Assembly: GCA_009103225.1 (NCBI GenBank)
Contig: RHPI01001965.1
Coordinates: forward strand, 511,114 to 575,113
DNA length: 64,000 nt
Reading direction: 5' to 3'
From: Chlorokybus atmophyticus
Taxonomy: Eukaryota > Plantae > Mesostigma and Chlorokybus algae
Below the pieces are notes generated by a model. The model had not been told where the DNA came from. It saw only the letters and a program-made list of their open reading frames with translations, and searched no databases. Within the stretch, counting starts at the first letter, position 1. Each line of letters starts with the position of its first letter. The translations under genes were made by a program, and so were the position numbers. Shown here one piece after another: positions 1-9,831 of this stretch.

Positions 1-9
1 CTCTTTGGA

Positions 10-2575
10 ATGGCCACCATGGCTTCGGTCACGGCTGCTGCATTCGCGGCTGCCGTCGCCACGCTCCTCCTCATGCATGCGATCGCTGTGAACGCTGCGG
101 ATCCATATGACAGGTACGAGCTCAACTGCATGCGCATCTGTGTGCATGCACACCATACATTATGCGTGCGTGTAACACTGTCGTTAACTACCTCGTATAA
201 CGCAGCTGCCAGAAGGCCATCACCACCCCTCTGACCTGCAAAGTCCAAGCCTCAGCCTCCGATGCAGACCTATGCAACGGTACCCACCCACACATACATA
301 CCGAAACTGCATCACCCACCCCCACCCCACCCACCTCCCCCCTCCCCTCTCAGGTGTCATCTCCTGGCTCTGTCCCCCTCCCTCCAAGCTCCCCGTCCCC
401 AACGCCTGCCCCTCCCCTCTCCCGGACTGCTCCCAGCTCTCCCCCGAGTCCGCTCCCGCCCTACGGACCGCCGCCGCGTCGCTCATGGAGAGATGGTACC
501 AGATGAACCTGGCGGAGCAGGGATCCGCAGCGTGCGCGTTCGGGAAACTCCGGTACGTGGACTATGTGAACTTCCCGTGGGAGAAGGGTATGCATTGCAG
601 GCCCAAGGGTGATACGCCCGCCGATACCCTGTGCGGGATCCTTGGCTACGTCTGCTACAACACCGCCGTGTGCTGCACCTCAGCGCAGGTACACACACCT
701 GCATCCAACGTACCGGCAACACAAACAGGTCACACTCCTCTCACCCATTCTCGCACTGCGACATTAAACAGAAAGACTGCCAGTCCCCCGACCTCATCCA
801 CAACGTCGCCAACGTCATGAACGCCTTCTTCGACCTCGCAGGCCCCGGACAAGGTAGAATCTACCTTGTGTGTCTGTGTGCGTGTGTGTGCACGCGCACA
901 GACACGCACATACCCACACAGCAACATCACCATCATGTTCCTCATCCAGGCTTCTCCGCCTGTTACTTCGACGGTCACGGCGAGGTCTACACCTCCTCCT
1001 CCTGTCCCCCTCCCCCTCCTCCCTCCCCTCCAACTCCGCTCCCGAGCCCACCGTGCCTGTCGACCCCCGCGGAACGCATCGCCGCCGTGCAAGAAGGCAC
1101 GACTCCAGTACGCGGGGTTAATGCCGGCAGCTGGCTGGTGCTCGAGCGACCGATGGCTCCAATGCTGTGGGAGGTGCGTGCGTGCGCGCGTGTGTGTGTG
1201 TGTGTGTTCACATACGCGCGCTTATGCCTGGGGTTACGCCTGCAACCTGTCTGTGCGTGCGTGCTTGTGTGCATGCCTGTGCGTGTGTGTGTGTAACAAC
1301 AAGATACTGTCTCTCTACAGGGCATTCCTAATCCCGGGCCGGAGCTCAACGCCAACGAGTACCTCCTCATGACCTCCACATCAATCTCACGCGACACAGC
1401 CATAGCCCGAGTAAACGTACGTGGACTTGGAACACTCGTTTGCTTTCTCTCTCTCACACACACTCCCCCCCTCCAGGCCCACCGTCAATCCTGGATCACC
1501 GAGTCCGACTTCGCCTCCATGTCCTCCCACGGCTTCAACCTCGTGCGTCTCCCCGTGCCGTACTGGCTGTGTCTCGACGACCCCGCCATGATCAAGGACG
1601 CGGATGTGAGGGACTTTGTCGTCGGACACGCCGGAGCGTATGCGCCGGGAGTACTGAAATTCATCGATGACGCCATGGACTGGGCCGCCACGTATGGCCT
1701 CGCAGTCCTACCTGTAAGAATGATGATGGTGTTGTTGCTGTTGTTGTTGTTGGTAGTGGTGGTGTGTGTGTGTGTGTGCGCGCTTGCTTACAGGCATGTG
1801 CAGGATCTTCACGCGGCGCCGCTCGGCCAGAATCCGTTTGACAACAGTTCTCCTGAAACAGTTACCGCAGTAAGCGACCCATAATGTGTGTGTGTGAGCG
1901 CACACATGATGATGTGTGCCAATCATCCAAGCAGCTCACAATTAGACATGACACATACCCTCCTCACCTTCACAGGATGGCACTGCCTACATCCCCCTCT
2001 TCGGCCAAGATCCCCGCACGGTGTCCGCGGCCCTCGACATCATCGAGTTCCTCGCCGCTCGCTACGCAAACCACCCTGCCCTCTTCGGCATTGAGGTAAT
2101 GTGTGTGTGTTTGTGCATCCAACGTGGTATGATTGTCCCCACCCACAACTCATACAGGTTCTGAATGAGCCCTCGAGCGTGGACTGGGGTGTACTGAAGT
2201 CCTACTACCAGGACGCGTACACGCGGGTGCGGGCCCACAGCTCCTCGGCGTGGGTGGTGTACATGCCGGGCGACTTTGCGACGTACTCGTGGCTCACCAC
2301 CCTCAACGAGGCCGCGGGATACAACCGCACAATACTCGACGTGCATCAGTATCAGGCAAGGACTGGACGCACAGACGTATGTGCACACGCACGCACACAC
2401 ACACGCTTAACCATTCACAGGCACACGTACATGCTTGCGTGTGCGCACACATACCCACACGCAAGGCAAGCATAAGCATGCGCAGGCACTCACACAGACA
2501 GATACACGCACACAAGCAGCAGAAGCAAACCGACAGACGAGCACACACTCACTCACTTACACTCTCACTCTCTCG

Positions 2576-2610
<35 letters not shown>

Positions 2611-3180
2611 TCTCCCCCGGCAGGCGTTCGACTTCCCCCAGATGCACTTCCCCCTCTGGTCCCCCTCCTCCCATCTCCAGTGGGCCCGCGTGGCCGTCCC
2701 CGCCCAGATGCGCGACCTCGCCTCCGTGCCCAACGCCGTGCCCGTCATGATTGGCGAGTGGTCTCTGGGAGGACCGCTGGCACCGAACCCAAAGAGTGAT
2801 GAGGGGAGTAAGGTGTATCTGGGGGAGTTTGCGAGGGCGCAGATGGAGGCGTTTGGGGAAGTGAAAGGGTGGTGCTTCTGGAACTGGAAGTATGACGCGG
2901 CGGATGCGGCGCCGCTGCAATGGTGCGTGCGTGCGCGCGCACGCGTGCGTGCGTGTGTGTATGGTTATGTGCGTATGCATGCTTAGGCATGGTTCATGTG
3001 CATCTGTTGGTATACACGCGAGCGCACTCGCACGCACACACGCACAGTTGAAAGATGCACATGTCCTCTCACAGGTACCCCTTTGAGCGTGCGTCCGGTC
3101 AGGAGGTGGCGTGGTCCTTGAAGGACTTGATTGCCCTGGGGATTGTTGCGGACATCAAAGACGGCGGAAAGTGCGCTTGA
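10..3180 (+). CDS. Secreted glycoside hydrolase family 5 (exo-beta-1,3-glucanase-like) with two N-terminal X8/CBM43-like domains and a Pro-rich linker
   Basis: In-frame exons: 10-113, 206-279, 354-688, 772-853, 950-1172, 1321-1410, 1477-1713, 1804-1869, 1976-2095, 2158-2355, 2624-2922, 3075-3180. Signal-peptide-like N-terminus (MATMASVTAAAFAAAVATLLLMHAIAVNA). GH5 motifs: VRGVNAGSWLVLE, GFNLVRLPVPYW, DLHAAP, IEVLNEP (acid/base Glu), LDVHQYQ, IGEWSL (nucleophile Glu), GWCFWNWK. Confidence 0.9.
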
Positions 3181-4905
3181 GAGAGAGATTGTGTGAGCTT
3201 GATTGTTGCGGACAGAGAAGAGAGAGATGCGTGCTGTTGGCAAGGAAGGAGGGAGGGGGGAAGGGGGGAAGGAGGGGATGGTGGTAGTAGTAGCTTGGGG
3301 TTGTTGATCTCGTCGCACTGTTGCCGCCGGATGATGTTGCTGTTGTTTCGGTTTTGAAATAGAAGGAAGGGAATCTTTGGAAAAAGCGATGTTGATGGTG
3401 TATGCGAGTGTCGTGCTCCGGCTGCGTGCATGTGTGCATTGCCAGCACAACTTGGAACAAATGACGTGCAACCAAAAAAACTTCTTTGCGTACGTGCACA
3501 TGGGCATCTACGTGTGCGCGCATGCGTGTGTGCAAGCGCATGTGTGTGTGTGCGTGCGTGCGTGCGTGCCCATACATTCTGCTAATCTCAAAACAGGTAG
3601 GTGAACAGCTATTGTGCTGGGAGGTTAATGGTGAGTTCAAAAAGCAATGTGATTGTTCACGAGCATGCGTACGTGTGCACTTGCAACCTCAAGCTCTTGG
3701 CCCGAGTGTTGGTGTGATAGCGTGATTGCTTTACGACATTCAACACGCTGCTTGTCGAGCAAGCCTGGCTGCCAACCATGAGGATTTTGAGTCAGTTACA
3801 CATGCCACAGAGTTGAGACAAGGCACACAGGAGAAATGAGACAAATAGCGCTCAATAACTGAGCACAAAGCAACTGGTTCAGACACATGTGTATGTTGTG
3901 CGCACGCGTACGGAGGAGGTTCCCGCCTGGTATTATTGCCCACAAGGGATGACGCAGGGTTAGCACACGCAATTGAACACAACAAGACGATACACAAAGC
4001 TTGAGTGTATTGGGAGACATCACACGCATGCAGCTACGACTACCGTTACCTGTTGACACTGAGATACAGTGCCAACACCTGCAAGCTAGTGCAGATTTGC
4101 TGCATGGCGGTGTGTCTAGGGATAGCTGTGGAATTGATATGTCGTATATCCATACTAGCAGCTAGATTTGGCTCTTGAGACTGAACGCATTTGTACAGAC
4201 ATCTCCTGTATGCAAAGAGGAAAGTATTGGCAGTGTCTTGTCTACATGTGCGAGCACTGATGCCTGCTGGTACGTGTGCTCAATGCCTGCATCTGACTTA
4301 GCAGACAAGGGGAAGTCAGTTCAGTAAACTCAAAGTGCACAATCAGTCCGTGCAGTTAGCAGTCCAGTGCAGACTGTGACAGCGCGTTACTATTCTGCTT
4401 GTAATGTTTGGGGTTGGGTGTTTGGCCACTGACAACATTCGTCTCGTAGTAACCCACGCCTATGTGGCACTGACACACATGTTGTCCCAAACTGTCTTGT
4501 CAAAGGTGGGGGTGAGTTTCCCACAGCCGCCTCGGACTCTATATGCCAGGTTGCAATGTCAGGTCTCGCAACAGTGACTCAACAACAACAACAACAACAA
4601 CGACGACAGCTTGGGCCTGTGAACGCTCACCAACAACTGGAGTTTGACCCCAAGTCAGGGGAGAAGTCTGTCCAACGCAGTGTGGGGGATAAACACACCT
4701 TATCGGTATGTACGACACGCACCCTCGCCCCTCGGATCCAAGGGTGGATGCTGCGGGAGATAACTGCACTACTCAAGTATAAGTGCAAGGGACAACAGTG
4801 CAGATGCATGTGTGACAACTTGTGCTGAGACAACTTAGGAGGGAGCTAGACAAGGAGCCTGTGCGCGTGCGTGTGTGTGTAGGGTGTGCACGCGCGCGTG
4901 TCGCG

Positions 4906-7137
4906 ATGGCGGGTGGTGGCGTGGTGGCCAGCCATGGCCTTGCGAAGCACTACAACGGGCGCGTGACGGCCTACGTGGTGTGGTCCTGCATTGTCGCGGC
5001 CAGCGGGGGACTGCTGTTTGGCTACGACATCGGCGTCACGGGAGGTGTCACATGTGAGTACATGAGCCTGTGCACGTGCACGTGTACTTTGTCTCACTGC
5101 TCAATTGATGGGTCAACTCACTCGCGGCTGTACTCGCAGCAATGCCGGAGTTCCAGCATGTAGGTAGAGTGAGACTTGCTGTAAAGAACCCTCCTGCTGG
5201 CCAAAACACAGCTTACAAGGGGACTCTATGTGTGCGCGTGCACGTGCGTGCGTGTGTATCTCTCTCTCTGTCTCCATCTCTCTCTCCACCCCACGCAGAA
5301 GTTCTTCCCTGAGGTCTACTCCCACCGCTCCGACCCCGCCCGTTCCGCATACTGCCAGTACGACAGCCAAACCCTGCAGCTCTTCACGTCGTCGCTGTTC
5401 CTGGCGGGCGCCGTCGCGTCGTTTCCGGGGTCCTGGATCACACGGTGGTTCGGGAGGACGAGGTCGATGCTGGCAGCGGGACTGTTCTTCCTGGTGGGGG
5501 CCATACTGGACGCAGCGGCACAGGTGAGGAGGGGGGGAGGGGTGTCTGTGGTTGTGGGTGGGGATGTGTGGGTAGGGAAGTGTGGGAGTTGGGCACTGAT
5601 GCATTGATGCACTGATACACGTGCACACACACGTGCACGCACATAACCATATACACACGCATATGTGCATGTGTGTATGCATTCGCATGCTTGCCTCACA
5701 CACATGCGCATTGTTCGCGTGTGTGTGCGCTTTCCACATACACACAATTGTATGCGAGTGCCTGTGTGCACACTGACGTTAACAATGCCCTCTTGTCGTA
5801 CAGAACCTGGGCATGTTGGTTGTCGGCCGTTTATCTCTCGGCGTCGGCGTCGGCATGGCCAACCAGTCCGTCCCCCTCTACCTCTCCGAGATCGCTCCCG
5901 CCCACCTCCGCGGCGCCTTCAACATCCTCTTCCAGATCGCCACCACCGTCGGCATCCTCGTGGCCCAGCTCGTCAACTACGGGACAAAGAACGCCGCGCA
6001 CGGCTGGAGGATCAGTGTTGGGTTGGCGGGGGTACCTGCTATCATGTTGGCGATAGGTGGGATAGTGTGCCCGGAGACGCCGCATAATCTGGTGGACTTG
6101 GGAAGAGTGGAGGAGGCGAGAAGTGTACTCGCGAAAGTGAGAGGGACGAGTGAAGTGGAAGAGGAGCTGAGGGATATCGTGGCGGTGTCGGAGAAGGCGA
6201 GGGCGGTCACGCATCCGTGGAGGAACCTACTCAAGAGCGAGTACAGGTAGGTGCACCTTTCACAACACTACCACGCATGCACAATGTGAGCACACAGGAA
6301 TGCATGAGCACGCGCACACATGCATTACGCACACGCACACACGCACAAACGCGTATGCGCGCTCGTGTACGCGCACAGATGCATGCGTGATACGCGTGCA
6401 AGCACTTTTGACAATGTTCTTGAGTCTCTCTCACCACTGCCATGCATGCGCATCACCCCCCCTCACCCTTCGCCATCAACACCCTCTCACCCACCCCCTC
6501 ACCCACCCACCCACCCTCCCCCCTGCAGGCCCCAGCTCCTCAACTCCATCGCCATCCCCCTCTTCCAGCAGCTCACCGGCATCAACGCCGTCATGTTCTA
6601 CGCTCCGGTCCTCTTCAGCTCCCTCGGTTTCGGCACCTCCTCCTCTCTGTTACAAGCCGTGATCATCGGCGCGGTCAACGTGGTGGCCACCTTCGTCTCC
6701 GTGGTCACCGTGGACCGGCTCGGACGCAAGGTGTTGTTCCTGGAGGGAGGGGTGCAGATGGCGACGGCGCTGGTGGCGGCGGGGATTGTGTTGGGAGTCG
6801 AGTTTGGAGGGAAGGGGAGCGATACGTTGAGCACGGGGGTGGCGGCACTGGTGCTGGTGATTATATGCGTGTTCGTGAGCGCGTTCGCGTGGAGCTGGGG
6901 ACCTCTCGGTTGGCTGGTAAGGGGTGTGAGTCTCTCTCTGTGTCTCTCCCCCTCCCTCCCTTCTACACTCTTTCCTGCTCTCTGTGCGTGCGTGCGTGCT
7001 GTTTGTGCATCATACTGTGTGTGGGTGTGGGTGTGGGTGTGGGTGAGGGTGGGTGTCGCTCTCTTTCACACATGCGCGCAAGCTTGCACGCACGCAGACA
7101 CACAGCCAGCCGTATGCTCGCATACGAGCACACACAC

Positions 7138-7193
<56 letters not shown>

Positions 7194-7500
7194 CCNTTCC
7201 GAGATCCAGCCCCTCGAGACCCGTTCCGCCGGCCAGGCCGTGACCGTCTCCACCAACTTCCTCCTCACCTTCGTGATCGGGCAGGCCTTCTTATCGATGC
7301 TCTGCGCGATGCGTTTCGGGACGTTCCTGTTCTTCGCGGGGTGGGTCGTCGTCATGACGGCCTACACCGCGATCCTGCTGCCGGAGACCAAGGGAGTGGC
7401 GCTGGAGGAGATGAAGGAGAGGTGGTATGAACATAAGGTGTGGGGGAGGTTCAAGCCGGAGATGACGGGGGGACAGGGAGAGAAGATGGGGGTGGCGTGA
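4906..7500 (+). CDS. STP: MFS hexose/H+ symporter (STP/HUP family sugar transport protein)
   Basis: Exons 4906-5053, 5140-5159, 5299-5523, 5804-6246, 6529-6916, 7192-7500 join in frame. Motifs: [97 protein letters not shown]. One N base at 7196 falls in the VP(S)EI codon. Confidence 0.95.
7129..7190 (+). repeat. (CA)n microsatellite running directly into the 3' splice site of the last STP intron
   Basis: About 22 uninterrupted CA units at 7147-7190, then AG at 7190-7191; interrupted CA units from 7129. Confidence 0.95.
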
Positions 7501-7699
7501 TGAGAGTTGTTTGGCTGCTCTGATACACAAGTGCATGCATTCCCTGTCGCGTAGATGGTGGCCATACGCTAGTGGTGATTGTTGGCTGGGCCGCTTTGGG
7601 ATGGTCATCGGAATGGACAGGGTGCACTTTGCAACACATGCGGCGTGCCACACACAACTGGGAGTGACTTGTGTGCGTTGGCTGGGCCAAGTGCTGGCG

Positions 7700-8540
7700 T
7701 GTGTGTGTGTGTGTGTGTGTGTGCGTGTGCACGCGCGCATTGAATGTGGCACATCTGCAGTGCATGCGCGTGTGGTCTGTCACTTCGTGTCTGTGATAAA
7801 TGCACTGTGTAGATGAGCCAGGGCGTGTGTTGTAGTGCTCCTGCTTACAATCTCCGGTGCAAGCCTATAGGCATGCAGCAGTTTGTGTACGCCAGTGCCA
7901 TAAGCAAGTACTGCCATTGCGCCCTGCTTACCGGCACTACATGACAGCACTGTGTACATGTAGCATGTATGTGTGTGTGCACACACTCGTATGCGCATGT
8001 GTACATGAATGCAGTGCTTGATCAGACTGTCCAACACGATGTACGTGTATGTATGTGCGCATGCCCATCCAATGTGCATGTGTCATGGAGCATGCACGCG
8101 AGCGTGTGCACAAGAATGTGTGTGCGCATATGCGCATGTGTTTGTGTCCCCGAGTGCGCAGGTGCAGGTCCGGGCGCGTGCACGTATGTGCGTATGTGTG
8201 CGTGTGCGCGTTTGTGTGTGTTTGTGTGCGCCAGAATATGCGTGCATGCATGCATGCGTGTATGTGTGCCATACTGTGCGTGTGTGTGCGTGCGTATGTG
8301 CGCATCGAGGTGTAGCTATACGGAGTACATGTGTAGGTATACATGTGTACATGTGTAGCTATATGGAGTGCATCGCAATTTGGATCGATATAGTTGACTA
8401 TAATGATCACGTTGATTGTTGGGTTTACAACGCACATGTACCTTATGTCACATACTGTGCATTGTATGTTCTACAATCGTTCACACATATGAAGTGGACA
8501 CGTGCATTCAAAGAGATCACTTGACACGCGCGTTCGCACA
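7700..8540. repeat. Long alternating purine-pyrimidine (TG/CG/CA/TA) low-complexity tract
   Basis: Hundreds of bases of gtgtgcgcatgt-type RY alternation without a fixed unit; it generates spurious C/V/H/T/R/M-rich ORFs. Confidence 0.8.
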
Positions 8541-9831
8541 CATGCATTTTATGTGATAATCTGGTAATTTGTGATATATATAAAAGATCATGTCATGCAC
8601 GCGACATTGCGGTGAACCAAGCAATATTCTTGTGCATTGCTGCAATTGTAAAACACGTGCAAGACTTGTTATGGCTACTCAATAATTCAACTATTTTTGT
8701 GTAATAAATTGCAAATTTGTAATGATTTTTTATCAACTACAATATCGGGTGACGGCCTTGCTTCCAATATTATCATAATCAAATGCAATCATGCTTTACT
8801 CGCAAGCTGGTTTCGCACCTGGTGATTAGATGATACCATTTTTATCGTAGTGCTATGATTCATTTGTGCTTCCGATAAACACATCTTGTCAAGTGGCACC
8901 ATATAGTGCCTTAATAAGCATTGATACTGATGTTTGTTACTTAACATGCGAAAATGTTTATGCCTACCGTATATTCAGTGAATTTTAGAAAACGATGGAT
9001 ACTCCATGGCATTACGGTCCTATGCACGAGCTATTATATCTAATGACGTCCTCAGATATTACGTAATCAACGCATGAATACGGTCCAACGAGGCAATATG
9101 AAGTTTTAGCCAAATGTGGTGAACATTTGTGTAATGGTTGTTTGATTGAAGGCTTCTAGGTAACCGGTAGTACCATGGTTGGAGTCCACATGACTGAGTC
9201 ATGCCTCCCCAATTGGGAGGCCCCATTGGCCCATGCTGCTCCTGCTTGGTTCATGTACACTGGGCACAACGTTCGCGTCCTCTCAGGCGAGCAGCGGGCG
9301 CGATATTCTTTTGCCCCTTTCCCCGTTTTGCTAGCCAGAGGGCGTGTCTGACGTGGACCAATGTCAACGCGTTCTGGTGGTGTCACGCTGGAAATACCGC
9401 AGGATCATAGAATGGAGACCGATCGGACGGTCAGAAACGGCCTGCACGTCAGCCACAAGCAACACAACGCCAACCCAGAAAAGCAGAAGAAAAAATCCAA
9501 AGAAAAGAAGGAAATTGCGCTCTCATCTATCCATCAGCTTCACGCGAGCAGCGACGTGCACGAAGCGGCAGAGCGGCGGCGGCGGCGGTAGCCTGGCTGT
9601 CAGCCTTGTCGGGGATCACTGATGCTCGTTGTGTATGTGGGAAACACTGTTTAACAGCTGCTTTCGCTGCCTTGGAGAAGATTACATTTGCCACGACCAG
9701 CAGGAAATGGGGTGGTTGAGCAGCTTCCTGGCTGCCAGGGGTCTGATCCCAGCGTCTGGTGGTTTGTGTAGGCAGAGAAGTTGAGTGTGTGTCACTTGTA
9801 GCAGTTAAATTTCTCTTCGCCGTCGCTAGCG

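Noticed and set aside
6320-8524. Many long ORFs rich in H/T/C/V/R/A
   Set aside because: They arise from stop-free CA/GT repeat tracts or read through STP introns.
8640-8730. Similarity of the AT-rich aattgcaaatt tracts at 8.7 kb and 40.2 kb as MITE ends
   Set aside because: The match is short, low-complexity and does not extend.
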